Shown: positions 26,432 through 38,384 of the stretch, piece by piece
How positions within the stretch are numbered: the stretch's first letter is position 1
Layout of the letters: every line of letters starts with the position of its first letter
Assembly (NCBI RefSeq): GCF_000143415.4
Contig: NW_003314310.1
Span: 487,236 to 551,235, forward strand
Origin: Selaginella moellendorffii
Lineage: Eukaryota; Plantae; Lycopodiophyta
Direction of reading: 5' to 3'
DNA length: 64,000 nucleotides
The notes under the pieces: generated by a model
What the model was told of the DNA's origin: nothing
Database searches by the model: none
What the model saw: the letters and a program-made list of their open reading frames with translations, nothing else
Made by a program: the position numbers and the translations under genes

Positions 26432-26815
26432 CGATCAAGAAATTTGTGGCTCCGGTACAAAGATCTCACCTTCTTTCCGGGTAAGCAAGAAATTCCATAG
26501 CATTAAGCAAGGAATTCTATGGCATTCCTTCCTGACAATCTCTCCAGGACCGAACAAGCAAGAAATTCCTTTCTGACGATCTCCAGGACCTTCGATCGGG
26601 AGCCTTCTAGCAAGAAATTCCATAGCAGTCCTTCCTTGCGAGGTAAAATTTCTCTCCAGGGCCTTCGATCGAGAGCCTTCTTTCCGGGCAAGCAAGAAAT
26701 TCCATAGCATTCCTTCCGGACGATCTCTACCGAGAGCCTTCTTTCCGGGTAAGCAAGAAATTCCATAGCATTCCTTCCTGACGAGGAAAATTTTCTCTCC
26801 AGGACTTTCGATCGA
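26432..26815. repeat. Degenerate minisatellite, ~80-bp master unit with deleted variants
   Basis: Repeated gcaagaaattccatagcattccttcc, gagagccttctttccgggtaa and tctctccaggaccttcgatc; about 6-7 partial copies. Confidence 0.9.
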
Positions 26816-26817
26816 TG

Positions 26818-28203
26818 CTATCCGGGCCTGGATGATCTTCGGTGGCCCGGATGAGTGCTCTCGTTCCCTCGCAAGAGCTGGAGCTGCTGCTCCAGCCTCT
26901 TCACTCGCTCCAGCACCGAGAGACGCTCTTCCTCCACGGCCTTGATGGTGGCGGACGTCTCCTCCTCGCTCGAGCTCTTCCTCTTCTCGCCGCCACTTCC
27001 ACCACCACCCGGGGCCTCCTCCTCCCTGTGCTCTTGCCCATTGCCACTCCTGCTCGATCGCCTGTAGATCTCAATCTCCTCCTCCAGCACCGTCTTCTCG
27101 GCCTCCCTCTTGAGCAGCATCTCCTTGAGTATAGTGATCGCCTTGTGGTCGTGGAAAGCCTTCTCCTCCACCATCCTTTGGTACTGCCGCGCCTCCATGA
27201 GCAAGCAAGCCTTTTCTTCCTGGAGTCTCGTGATCATGGCCATGCTCTCATTGGCAGCCACCGCCGCCGCGTTCCTCTCTTGCTCCAGCTCGTAGTAGAG
27301 GCTCTCGATCTCCTCCCTCTCGCCTTTCAATGCCTCCTTTCCGTCAACTTCCTGTTCCTGGTGGATTTCCGCATTGGCGGGACGATCACCAGTCGATGAA
27401 AAGCTCTCATCTTGGTGTGGATCCAAGCTCTCGCCATGGTCTTCCCGCCCCAGCGTCCTCCAGCACTCGCAAGCTCCCCTGCAAACTGGGCCTTTTGAGC
27501 AGTCACACCTCTCCTTGCCATGTCCCTCCCGCCTCAAGCACTCGCAACGAGAAGGAGAAGACCGAGAAGGAGAAGCTCGAGAAGAAGTCCGAGAAGGAGC
27601 CTTTTGGTGCTGCTCTCGATCCGGCGGACACGACGTGATCCTCAGCTGGAGCTTGTCCACCAGCAGTTCTACGTGCCGCCTTAAGCCATCGCTCGACGAA
27701 CAAGCCGGAGGAGATGAAACAGTGACCAGGTTCCTACCATCTGCCGCTGCCGCCGCGTCCATCATGATCTCCTGCAAGAACAACCCACTACTCCCGCCGC
27801 TGGATTCCTGCGCTCGAGGTCCCAGCACCCGCATGATGCAGCTGATACAAATCCCCTCCAGCCTTCCGCTTCGATCACAGGTGAGACAACTTCGCGTGCT
27901 CTCCTGCGATTCGTAGCGAGTAACTTGTTGCTGCAGGTGATCATTGTCCTGGGACAACGAGTGGTGCTCTTGGCAGCGATCGTGTTCTTCCGCGGCTGTT
28001 GTTCCCGACCAGCACGAGGCCAGGCTGCTGCAAAGCTGCGTCATCCTCGAGACGAGGAACAGCGTCGCCATCGCCAGGACGAGGCAGGCCAATGCGAAGT
28101 CGACGAAGGGGCAGATCACGAGCGACGATGTCCAGTAACGATCCACCATGCTGCTGCTGTGATTGGCATTCTTCTCGTGGCATGCCAATGCTATCATCTT
28201 CAT
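26818..28203 (-). CDS. DUF593 (zein-binding/GTD-binding) myosin-binding protein, MyoB-like
   Basis: N-terminal TM segment; LYYELEQERNAAAVAANESMAMITRLQEEKACLLMEARQYQRMVEEKAFHD. Confidence 0.92.
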   Translation of the reverse strand: MKMIALACHEKNANHSSSMVDRYWTSSLVICPFVDFALACLVLAMATLFLVSRMTQLCSSLASCWSGTTAAEEHDRCQEHHSLSQDNDHLQQQVTRYESQESTRSCLTCDRSGRLEGICISCIMRVLGPRAQESSGGSSGLFLQEIMMDAAAAADGRNLVTVSSPPACSSSDGLRRHVELLVDKLQLRITSCPPDREQHQKAPSRTSSRASPSRSSPSRCECLRREGHGKERCDCSKGPVCRGACECWRTLGREDHGESLDPHQDESFSSTGDRPANAEIHQEQEVDGKEALKGEREEIESLYYELEQERNAAAVAANESMAMITRLQEEKACLLMEARQYQRMVEEKAFHDHKAITILKEMLLKREAEKTVLEEEIEIYRRSSRSGNGQEHREEEAPGGGGSGGEKRKSSSEEETSATIKAVEEERLSVLERVKRLEQQLQLLRGNESTHPGHRRSSRPG

Positions 28204-29214
28204 CGCATCGCTCTTCTCTTTCTTTTCTCTTCCATTTTGTTTGCGCGTCTCTTCCCGGAGCGAAATCGCAACCGTCTGATACCAACTGTCACTATCCGCG
28301 GTTCACGGGCGCCGACGGCCAAGATTGAAAGCATCTCAGATTTTTATTTTCTAATGGTTGAAAGGTCAAACTTTGGTTCTCTGGCCGAGATTTTGGTCAA
28401 AGTCTTTGCTTTCGCAATCCCCACCGATCGATCGAAGAGGCCTGCGGTAACATCAAACGCATTTGAGAAACTCATTCAAAGAAAGCTCCAATTTCTTTTG
28501 CTCTTGAGAAAACAATTCCAAAGAAATAGTTTTTACCAGTGGATCTAACGCTCCCCTTCTCCATTCCACGCGGAAGATGTCCTCGCTGCTTCAAAACGAT
28601 TCTAGATCCACTCTAGAACTCGCCCAAGTTCGTTAGATCAATTCTAGAACTCGCCCAAGTTCCAGATCGCCCAACTCCTTGCTTGATCCGGCCAGAGCCA
28701 TGGAACCACTGGGGAAAAGAGAGAGTGGGCGACACACGAGACCAAGGGGGAGGGCCGCCAAGCACCAATTCTCACTCTGGCGGCCCTCCCACGACACAAA
28801 GAGCCGATTTTATTCCACTCGATTTGGAGGCCCGCCCCGTGAGCGCACCCGTAAGGGCAGGGCCTCCCCTATCCTCGTACAGCCATAGCCATACATCCTT
28901 TCTCAGATCAAAAGCGGGGAAGAAAATTTCCACCGCGAGAAAGGAATTCAAGGAGGAAGATGCGAGAAGGGGGAATTTGAGAAGCAATTGCGATGAGATG
29001 TGGTAGATTCCAAGGGAACCAGGCGAGATCCCGACATACCTTAGCTATGCCAAGTCAATTCCACATCAATATCCTCCACATTACCTCGCGCGCGCGCCAT
29101 AGCTGTGGCGCCATAGCCACGATTTATATACTAACAGCACACCGACCTTTCTTGTCACGTGTCTAAACAGAATATTCTTTGCAATGGGAAAGAATATCCT
29201 TTGCAACTCAAGAG

Positions 29215-29347
29215 CGCGAGATCTAACGGTCGAGAATTTGCAAACGTACCAGAATTTTAATCACGGTGCCGGGAGATCGACGGTGAAGAATTTGCAAACG
29301 TACTCACGGTGTCGATTGAGTCGTGGGAGATCTGACGGTCGAGAATT
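29215..29347. repeat. Short tandem repeat (gagatctaacggtcgagaatttgcaaacgtac-like, ~3 copies)
   Basis: Seen directly at ~29217, ~29272 and ~29327. Confidence 0.7.
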
Positions 29348-29365
29348 AATTAGCAAACAATTGTT

Positions 29366-31108
29366 CTAAGAGGTGGTGCTTGCCATGAGCAAATACGCAG
29401 TGGCGTTCTTCTCGTCCAGCCTTAGCCACGAATCAAACGCAAACTTTCCCACCTCGGCGTTCTTCCACTTCTTGCAAGCTCCCAGCAGCGTGCTCCAGGT
29501 GATGACGCTGGCTGGAAACGGCATAGCTCTCACCACCGCCAGCGCTTCGTCCAGCCGGTTTGATCGCCCGAGAAGATCCACCAGGCAGTGGTAGTGCTCC
29601 TGGACGGGCGTCACTCCATACCGCGAGCTCATCTCCGCAAAGTAGTGCCTACCTTGGTCGACCAGCCCGGCATGGCTGCAAACCGTGAGGATCGAGAGGA
29701 ACGTCACGGCGTCCGGCTGGATCCTCTCCTCCGCCACCATCTTCTCGAAAAGCTCGAGCACGCTGGAAGTGTCCCCCTGGTGGCTGTAACCGGCCATGAG
29801 AGCCCCCCAAGTCACCACGTCCTTCCTCCAGCGTCTGTTCTCCACCATCGCCTCGAACACCTCCCTGGCCTCGGCCATGCTGCCGCACTTCCCGTAGAAG
29901 TCGATGATGCAATTCCCCAGGAAAGGATCGCTGTCGAGGAGCTGGCGATGGTTCCTGCGTAGCTCGTCGTGGATGCTCCTCCCGAGTTGCAGTGCCGCTA
30001 AGTTGCCACAGGCGATGAAAGCCGCGAGGAACGTCCGAGCAGTAGGATGGTGATGCTGCTTCATGGCCTCGAAGAGCTCCAGAGCCAAGCCCGGCTCGCC
30101 GTTCTCGGCGTATCCCAGCAGCAGCGCGTTCCACGACACCACGTCCCGGGAGCTCATGCGGTCGAACACCGCGCGGCCGTCCAGCAAGCTTCCACACTTG
30201 GAGTACATGTCCACCAGAGTGTTGGAGACGAAGACGTTGGTGGTGGAGTCGAGGCCACTGCGAGCGGCAGAGGAATGTATCGCCATGCCTCGTTCCAGTG
30301 CCTGGAGTTTAGAGCTTCCATCCAGCCTCGACTTCTCGCACACGCTCGCGCAGGCTGTGAGAGCCGCGACGTAGGCCTGAGCATCCGAGACCGAGTCCAT
30401 CCTCGAGAAGAGATCCAGCGCGAGCTCGGCTTCGCCGTTCTCGACGCAACCCAGCATGAGAGCAGTCCACGAGACCACCGTCTTCTTCTCGAGCTTCTCA
30501 AAAACCGAGAGAGCTTGCTCCACTCCTCCGCACCTCGAGTATAAACTTATCAAGCTGTTGGCGACGAAGGGGTGGGAGTCACAGCCAGCCTCGGCAGCTC
30601 GCCCGTGGATTTCGCAAGCTTTCGTCAAGCTTTCCTCTCGCACAAGCCTGCCATTGATCTTCCGGCCCTGTTCCCTGGCAGCTATGTCGCCGCATGCCTT
30701 GAGAGCCGCGAGAAACGTCGTTGAGTCGGCCTGGCAGCGGCAGTCTCTCATCTTGGATAAGATCTCCAAGCCAACTTCTCCCTGGCCATTTTCGGCATAC
30801 CCGAGGATCAAAGCTGTCCAAGCGACTGCGTTGCGTGACTGCATTGCGTCAAAAACTCGCTGTGCCTGGATCATATTTCTACACTTCGCGTACATGTCGA
30901 CGAGTGTTGTGGCCACGTAAATGTCGCAGCTCAAACCAAACTGGACGGTATCTGCGTGGACGAACTGCCCAAGTGTGAGATCCATGGAGCTGCCGCATGC
31001 CTTTAGAGCAGCGATGGCAATGCCGCAGTCTCTTCTTCTGGTGGTTGATGCGAGCTCGGGAGTGAAGTAACTCCATCTCCAGATCTTCCACTGCTTTAAC
31101 AAGCGCAC
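29366..31108 (-). CDS. PLS-class PPR protein with E domain (no DYW)
   Basis: 580-aa single ORF with LVDMYAKC, VVSWNALL, HYHCLVDLLGRSNRL, TWSTLLGACK and ATAYLLMAS. Confidence 0.92.
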   Translation of the reverse strand: MRLLKQWKIWRWSYFTPELASTTRRRDCGIAIAALKACGSSMDLTLGQFVHADTVQFGLSCDIYVATTLVDMYAKCRNMIQAQRVFDAMQSRNAVAWTALILGYAENGQGEVGLEILSKMRDCRCQADSTTFLAALKACGDIAAREQGRKINGRLVREESLTKACEIHGRAAEAGCDSHPFVANSLISLYSRCGGVEQALSVFEKLEKKTVVSWTALMLGCVENGEAELALDLFSRMDSVSDAQAYVAALTACASVCEKSRLDGSSKLQALERGMAIHSSAARSGLDSTTNVFVSNTLVDMYSKCGSLLDGRAVFDRMSSRDVVSWNALLLGYAENGEPGLALELFEAMKQHHHPTARTFLAAFIACGNLAALQLGRSIHDELRRNHRQLLDSDPFLGNCIIDFYGKCGSMAEAREVFEAMVENRRWRKDVVTWGALMAGYSHQGDTSSVLELFEKMVAEERIQPDAVTFLSILTVCSHAGLVDQGRHYFAEMSSRYGVTPVQEHYHCLVDLLGRSNRLDEALAVVRAMPFPASVITWSTLLGACKKWKNAEVGKFAFDSWLRLDEKNATAYLLMASTTS

Positions 31109-31313
31109 TGTTTAAACGCAAAGGAAAAGCAGCAGCACACTTACAGCTTGTCCTAGAGTGAAACACCGCAGAGGCGTAGCGACCATGAAAATGCATTGTT
31201 GGACTTACGCTCTCGAAGGTGCGCCTTCTTGCATTCTATAACCTAGGGCGAGCACTCAGAAAAGAAACGAAGTTATTGAGATTATAATAAAACTTCCTTG
31301 TACCACAGACGCC

Positions 31314-33832
31314 TTAGCAGCAGAATTGTCGCGGAATAATTTTCCCAGGATTCATAATGTTGTCGGGATCGAGGCACTTTTTAATCTTTCCCATGGCAGA
31401 CAGCGCTTCGCTTCCAAACTCGGCCTCTAAGTACTGCACACGAACTTCAGCCACTCGTGCTAAGAACGAAGGTATACATACCTTCATCTTGCCGACGCCT
31501 ACTCCGTGTTCCCCAGTGCAAGTTCCTGAAAGATAAACAAATATGATGAAAAACAGATACAATTTCCTGAGTTCTCAACCTTCCATCGCTAAAGCTATGT
31601 GCACCATCTTATGACATAAGTGCTGAGCTTCTTCGGCCTCGTCTTTGTTGGCCGGATCAAACAGGATCACTGTGTGGAAGTTCCCATCGCCAGCATGTGA
31701 AATTATAGCACTGCAAAGCAAACCTTTGAACCAAATATATCCGGGAATTTCCTTACCTTGGAAGTGCGGACGCATCAAGTATTTCTTTTGACGTGGAGAT
31801 GCACTCCGCTAGCCTCGACAAAGGAACACAGACGTCCTGTGGCAATTGACAATTCAATACAAAGTAGAAAAGAAAGCTCCACATACAGTGACCATGGCCT
31901 CTGCTCCAGGTCTCAACGTCGAACAAGCCCAGAAAGCCTCTTTCCGAACCTGAAATTTCAAACGAGTCGGAATAAACGCGGCTGAACAAAGTTCTTGCTT
32001 ACTTTCCACAAATCCTCCTTTTCTTCCGGCGTGTTTGAATAGACAAAATCAGAACCACTGTGTTCCACAACAATTTTGTGGACAAGCTTTGCCTGTTCGA
32101 GAGCATAGTTTTCTGCAATGAGAAATTCTTAGGATTCATAACTAAACATTAAGTAGAAGAATACCTGTTCCTATAAACTCGAACATAAGCGTTGGTTGTT
32201 CAGGATAATTCCTTCCATTCGCAAGATTAATTGCTTTTACTTGCATCTCATCTAAGAGCTCAACCCGTGACACCTGCAGAGATTGGAAGGCCACTTCGCT
32301 TAAGTTGGAGAATGCATGAATACCTGGATTCCCAAATGCATCGTAGCTATCGCAACATCAGCTGCATCTTTTACGGAAGGAAAGTTGCACATGGCCACCT
32401 GCAGCAAACACTGTGAATAATTCAGACAGGCTCTGAAGCTTACAATTGAGGCTTCGGGAATTTTTTGAAGACGCAGCGTAACCTCCGTAATGACACCCAG
32501 CGTTCCTTCACTTCCAATCATAAGTCTCGTTAAATCATACCTGGGAGATCAAGCTTAGCCCATCAACAGTCGAGGTACATCTAAGAAACTACCCGGCGGC
32601 ACTTTTGCGCGCACGAGATCCCGATTTAACTTGGTCTCCATTTGCCACCACTGCCTATAGTACAGAAAACCATCAATACAAGAAAACTAAATGCCCAACC
32701 AAGCATACTTTCAAGGATATCACGTTGTCCCGCATTGTGCCATAACTAATAATCACGTGATTCAGGAAATGAGCACTAACTGGACTGTCAAAACTATTAC
32801 CGAACTGCCAACGAACCCGAGCATCTGGTTGCGCACATTCCTCCAATTGTAGCTCCCGGACCTGACATAAACTAATGGATTTCGGATACAAGTGAAACGT
32901 AAACTTACCTGGATCTAGTGGGAAAAATAAACCGTAAGGCTTTAGAAACTCGTTCAGTTCAATCCATCCGAGTCCTGGCTCTACAACCACATCCATATCT
33001 TCAATATGCAAAGCTTTTACTTTCTGTTCAAAGAAAAACTTAGGAGAAGAGAGAAACAATTGAAGCCAAACCTTCATCAACTGCATATCAATGCTAACAC
33101 CGCCAGAGGGAGTCAGTGTTTGTCCCTCTAGAGAAGTAGCCCCTCCAAAAGGAACAACTGGAACCTATCCACCAAATATCAAAACACATTCATTGACAAG
33201 AAAGCGGACCTTGTATTTTGCGCAAAGCTTTACAGCTGCCTGAACTTCATCGGCCGACCTTTCAAAAAAGAAATTTGCCTTTTTACTCTTTCGCAAAACG
33301 TACTAATTTGTACCTTGGATAGACCACAACGTCGGGAATGTGTTTAACGGGATGATAAGTATTCCATGGCTTTCCATGGTTGAACCTTTCATCTGGATCA
33401 AAAGCAATTCTCTCGGCCTGGATAGAACTATAAGAAACTGGACATACAAAATTTTATTTACCTCGAAGATGGCTTGCAGCTCCGAAATGAAAGATTCATC
33501 GAGCTTGCGAGCCTCCTTCGTTGTCACTAAAGCTTCTACACTGCACGATCCAGAGAGATTACAGTGAAAGCTCCATAATGCCAGCAACTGAGGTACCTTT
33601 TCTGTTCATCCTGCTCCAGAAGGGCAGCCTGATTGAATCCGAGCTCCACCAAAGCAAATGTGAACACTCCAGCGGCTCCCAGAGCTGCCAAACTCTGACT
33701 CTTCCCATTCCATGACGACGACCCACTGGAGAAAATTGGTGCCTCCAAGCACCTCCTGGAAAGAAGACTAGCCACTCGGACACTACAAACCCTAGACGCG
33801 AGCACACGACTGGCAAAGCGACGGAACGCCAT
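31314..33832 (-). CDS. DLD: D-lactate dehydrogenase (cytochrome), mitochondrial FAD-linked oxidase, many exons
   Basis: EDMDVVVEPGLGWIELNEFLKPYGLFFPLDPG, YGTMRDNVISLK, IGSEGTLGVITEVTLRL, HAGDGNFHTVILFDP, GTCTGEHGVGVGKMK, LDPDNIMNPGK. Confidence 0.95.
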
Positions 33833-34004
33833 AGAGGACACCAAAATACGAGAGAGCTAAATATTTATAGTCAATCAAAGGCAAACAATGAAGCACACTT
33901 GACATGTGATCCTCAAGAGCCAAGACTTCAAAATCTAGAGCGCCTAGATAACCCGAGAACCGAAAAGGAAGGAAAAATAGCAACCTGGAGACCAACCTCA
34001 AGAT

Positions 34005-35405
34005 CTAGAAGCACTTTCTGTGCACAATCGATGGACCCGACTCATCGTACTCGGACTTTGCAATCCACATCTGCGAGAAACGAAAAAGAAAAACAAGGCT
34101 GATAAGAAAAACGAGCAAAAGAATGTTGTGGTACCTGTTGGAAGGTGCTGAGCGAAGCCAGGATAGAACCTCCAATCCAGACGCTGTACTTCCTCTCCGG
34201 AGGAGCAACCACCTTGATCTTCATGCTGCTGGGAGCCAGTGCCGTGATTTCCTTGCTCATGCGGTCCGCGATGCCAGGGAACATTGTGCTGCCTCCGCTG
34301 AGGACGATGTTGCCGTAGAGGTCCTTTCGGATATCGACGTCGCACTTCATGATCGAGTTGTACGTCGTCTCGTGGATACCAGCGGCTTCCATTCCAATCA
34401 GAGACGGCTGGAACAGCACCTCGGGGCACCGGAACCTCTCGGAGCCGATGGTGATCACCTGCCCATCCGGAAGCTCGTATGTCTTCTCCATCGAGGAGCT
34501 TTGCCTGGAGCTCTCCAGCTCCTGCTCGTAGTCCAGGGCGACGTACGCCAGCTTCTCTTTCATGTCTCTCACGATCTCACGCTCCGCCGTGGTGGTGAAC
34601 GAGTAGCCTCTCTCGGTCAGGATCTTCATGAGCGAGTCAGTCAAGTCGCGACCGGCAAGGTCCAGCCTGAGGATTGCATGGGGCAGTGAGTAGCCTTCGT
34701 AGATTGGAACAGTGTGCGTGACACCGTCACCCGAGTCGAGAACAATACCTGATCACAAACCACGATCATACAACGTGTTAGAGGGAAAAACAAAAGTAGA
34801 ACCAACTTGAAGCATCATGTCTATCGCAAGCAACGAAGAAAAGAAACACGCATCAACCATCTTGTCTAGAACAAGCAAGGGATAAAAAAACTCCATACCG
34901 GTAGTGCGTCCACTCGCGTAGAGTGAAAGGACTGCTTGGATCGCCACGTACATGGCCGGGACATTGAAGGTCTCGAACATGATCTGGGTCATCTTCTCGC
35001 GATTCGCCTTTGGGTTGAGCGGCGCCTCGGTGAGAAGAACCGGGTGTTCTTCCGGAGCCACACGGAGCTCGTTGTAGAAAGTGTGGTGCCAGATCTTCTC
35101 CATGTCGTCCCAGTTTGTGACGATCCCGTGCTCGATCGGGTACTTCAATGCCAGGATACCTCGCTTGGATTGCGCCTCGTCGCCGACATACGCATCCTTC
35201 TGCCCCATTCCAACCATGACGCCCGTGTGCTTGGGCCGGCCCACAATGCTGGGAAACACGGCCCTGGGAGCATCGTCTCCGGCAAATCCAGCCTGCAAGA
35301 ACACACCCCCCGGATCAAAATCCACAAGAAACCGCGCCAGGAGCGCACCTTGACCATCCCGGATCCATTGTCGCACACCAGGGGCTGGATTTCTTCCTCC
35401 GCCAT
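34005..35405 (-). CDS. ACT: Actin, with three conserved plant introns
   Basis: [19 protein letters not shown]|[15 protein letters not shown]...[21 protein letters not shown]. Confidence 0.99.
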
Positions 35406-35779
35406 GGAGAAACTCGCTAGAAACAGGGCGCTAAGCGAGAGCGGCGATGTGAGCCACAGAGCTCGATCGATCAGACCTGTGACGAGCCCGGGGATGGATC
35501 GATCGATGGATCGCCTCCTCCAATAATCCCGACGCTGTCGCAGTCGCCCACACAAAAAGCTTGAAACAATAGGGCGGTGGCCACTGTGGTCCGTGCAGGC
35601 CAATCCCAGCCGTCGATCCGGGAATAGTTTTTAAAATCGCGAGACGCCGCCTGGGCGGGAAGGATGAAAACTCTCAAAGAAGCCCAGTCAAAAACAATCA
35701 GCCCCAGTCAAAGAAGGCAAGAATTTCTTATTGATTTTATTGATCTACAAAATGAGATTTACCATTTGTAAATTCTACT

Positions 35780-36100
35780 CTAAAAATTTTTCTTCTCCTC
35801 CTTCTGCTTTGAATCTTCGTGATCCATATTGCAAATGTTGATATTGATGTTGATGCTGTTGTTGTTTTTGTTGTTCTTCCTCCCTTTCATGTGCTTAGGA
35901 CGTTGATGATCATGATCATCCACCTCTGGAGGATATATTTGATCAGAATTGGAGGCTGGTGCTACTGCTGATAAATCCTGAGCAGCAACACCATTATCCT
36001 CCAGAGACAGAAGCTCTCTTTTACTCAAAGAAGAAGAAGAAGAAGATAATGTAAGAGTGGCAAAGGAAAACAATAGAAAGCACAACAAAGCAGCCTTCAT
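35780..36100 (-). CDS. Small secreted (signal-peptide) protein, possible peptide precursor
   Basis: MKAALLCFLLFSFATLTLS signal, KRELL, Asn/Ile-rich tract, C-terminal DHEDSKQKEEKKNF; paralog at 36556-36906. Confidence 0.6.
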   Translation of the reverse strand: MKAALLCFLLFSFATLTLSSSSSSLSKRELLSLEDNGVAAQDLSAVAPASNSDQIYPPEVDDHDHQRPKHMKGRKNNKNNNSINININICNMDHEDSKQKEEKKNF

Positions 36101-36247
36101 TGTTGTAGTAGTAGTGATGGATGGAGAGCTGATTCTCAATGGTTGGAGCTTGGAGGGCTTATGTATTATGTTACAAGGTCCAGCATGCATTGTCCATGCA
36201 ATCACAAATTGCACCATTAGTCCAAATCCAAGATTACAGGATAGATT

Positions 36248-36292
36248 GTCAGGATGGCCGAGCGGTCTAAGGCGGCAGACTCAAGTTCTGCT
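36248..36292 (+). pseudogene. 5' half tRNA-Leu(CAA) from a local 143-bp-period tandem duplication
   Basis: Identical to the first 45 nt of the tRNA at 36391; 36160-36292 repeats at 36303-36435. Confidence 0.93.
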
Positions 36293-36390
36293 TGTATTAT
36301 GTTATGTATTATGTTACAAGGTCCAGCATGCATTGTCCATGCAATCACAAATTGCACCATTAGTCCAAATCCAAGATTACAGGATAGATT

Positions 36391-36474
36391 GTCAGGATGG
36401 CCGAGCGGTCTAAGGCGGCAGACTCAAGTTCTGCTCCTCATGCGAGGGCGTGGGTTCAAATCCCACTTCTGACA
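36391..36474 (+). tRNA. trnL-CAA: tRNA-Leu(CAA)
   Basis: GTCAGGATGGCCGAGCGGTCTAAGGCG, anticodon arm GCAGA-CTCAAGT-TCTGC, long variable arm, GGTTCAAATCC, acceptor stem closing TTCTGACA. Confidence 0.97.
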
Positions 36475-36555
36475 TTAAAGGAAAAAATGGATGATTGGTT
36501 AGAGACAAAAACATTCTTGAAACTTTTATTGATTTGACAAATGAGAACATAAAAG

Positions 36556-36906
36556 GATTGAACTTTTTCTCCTCTTCCTTGCTTTGAATCTTCATGATCG
36601 ATGGACTTCCTCCTCCAAACATTGTTGTTGTTATTGTTGTTGCTCCACCTGTGATTGCGAGAGCCATGGACTGGAGAACTTCCATCTTCATGAACATGAA
36701 CATGATGATGATCATCCATCTCCCGAGGGTGCATTAGAGATGTGGATGCTGATTCTCCAACGGACGCGCTGATGAACTTCATGATGCTGATTCATCAACG
36801 GACCGCTGATGAGTCATAAACACCAGCACCATTTTCCAAAAGCTCCCTTCGACCCAAAGAGAGTGGCAAAAGCAAACATCAGGGACAAAACCAAAGCAGC
36901 CTTCAT
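36556..36906 (-). pseudogene. Frameshifted paralog of the small secreted protein at 35780-36100
   Basis: MKAALVLSLMFAFATL.., shifted RELLENG, and IDHEDSKQ..EK at the 3' end. Confidence 0.7.
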
Positions 36907-37093
36907 TCTTATATTTGCAAAACGAATAACACATTTCCAGCCCTGGTCAACGCTGGAGGTTTGGCATGGGTTGGCCCGTGATTCCCGTCTGGAATTTTGA
37001 TCTTTGGCTCACCAAATTCCAGTTTTCCTTCCAGTTCTTGGTAGTTCTTTTCTTCCAATTGCCTCGATTATCTTCTTTCGCGGACGCACTACG

Positions 37094-37788
37094 ATGGCGA
37101 TCCTGATTCTTCTCGCGATTGCGGGGGCCCTGGCATCATCCCAGCAGCAGCAAATCCACGCGCAGCAGCTTCCCCAAGGCTGCGGTCCAAAGCTCGGAGT
37201 TCTCCTCCCTTGCCTTCCATTCTTGCAGGGCCAGGGAAGCAATCCCACGCAGCCGTGCTGCAATGGCCTGGAAACGGTCGTCAAATTGAATCCAGCGTGC
37301 CTGTGCGCGCTCGTGAATTCTCAGTTGGGTAATCGGATCAATATCACGCTCGCGCTCTCGCTTCCCAGCCTCTGTAACTTGGCCGGAGTGACCATCGATC
37401 TTTGCAACCCCACCGGTAAGTTCTCTTTCAAAATCTAAGTTCTCGATGGTTCTCTGGGGTGTTTTGTGTAGGTCCTCCTGTGGTATCGCCACCGGTTCTA
37501 GCACCTCCAACGCCACTATTGTCGCCCCCATATCCTTCGCCAGCGCCTCCAGTTGATTATACTCCGCCACCTCCTATTCTTTCGCCATATCCTGGTGGAT
37601 CAACTGGATCATCACCAACACCGCCTCTTTTAAGTCCAACTGGATCACGAACAGTCCCGCCACCCTCTTCAAACGAAGAGTCAGATTATCAGATTCCATC
37701 AACCAGCGATGGAAATCATGTGAAAATCTCTGTGAAGAGGACTTGTTGGAACTTTGCTGTGCTCTTTTCTTGCTTAAGTTTGATATGA
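37094..37788 (+). CDS. Non-specific lipid-transfer protein, Pro-rich/GPI-anchored type (LTPG/xylogen-like)
   Basis: Signal peptide, 8-Cys motif (C..C..CC..CxC..C..C), intron 37416-37471, Pro/Ser-rich tail and hydrophobic C-terminus. Confidence 0.9.
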
Positions 37789-38020
37789 TAATGTATTGGT
37801 TTGCAATCACTATTTTTTTTAATTATCACTTATGTTGCCAGCAAAGTTCTCAAAACCTATTATGAGAACTTAAGCACACAAGTTTTAGTTTTCTTATCTT
37901 TTATCCAAGGTTTAACAAGTATTAATCAGTTTACAACTTATAAAATTATAGTCTTATACAAATAACTTCATATTAAAAATATAATAAAATTTTTATTTTC
38001 TTAGAGAAAATTTTAAATAT

Positions 38021-38306
38021 TTTGCTGCATGTTGCATGCAGCAGTGCTTGATTTTCTTAATAGTGGTGTTATTTTTGTTTAGTATTATTTATTGATCCAG
38101 TTGATCAATTGTAAGCTTATAATTATAAACATGTTTATAATTTATAAACACAACATTAAATATGATTAAATGGTAGAATGAGCTAGAATATACTAGGAAG
38201 TGTTTATGAGAATTTATAAATTATAAATACAAGATTAATCTAAATGAATAGCAATCCTTAAATGGTAGAATATCTCAAAATGTTCAAGCATATTCTAGAC
38301 ATATTT
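38021..38306. mobile_element. Second copy of the hairpin-ended AT-rich repeat (see 13341-13648)
   Basis: ttgctgcatgttgcatgcagcag hairpin and shared downstream blocks. Confidence 0.6.
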
Positions 38307-38384
38307 AACAAGAAAACCAAAATTCAAAGCACATTGTAAAAAACAATTGTTTTCTAGTTTTTATCTATGGAAAGCGTTTCAAAA

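Noticed and set aside
26432-26815. CRISPR-like repeat-spacer array
   Set aside because: The intervening segments are deletions of the same master unit, not unique spacers; eukaryotic context with no cas genes.
26842-31196. Numerous long antisense or alternate-frame ORFs over the DUF593 and PPR genes (also over actin, ABC1K and PUB)
   Set aside because: Shadow ORFs of GC-rich coding sequence with no recognisable motifs.
34005-35405. Actin as an unusual isoform
   Set aside because: Standard plant intron positions and only scattered substitutions.
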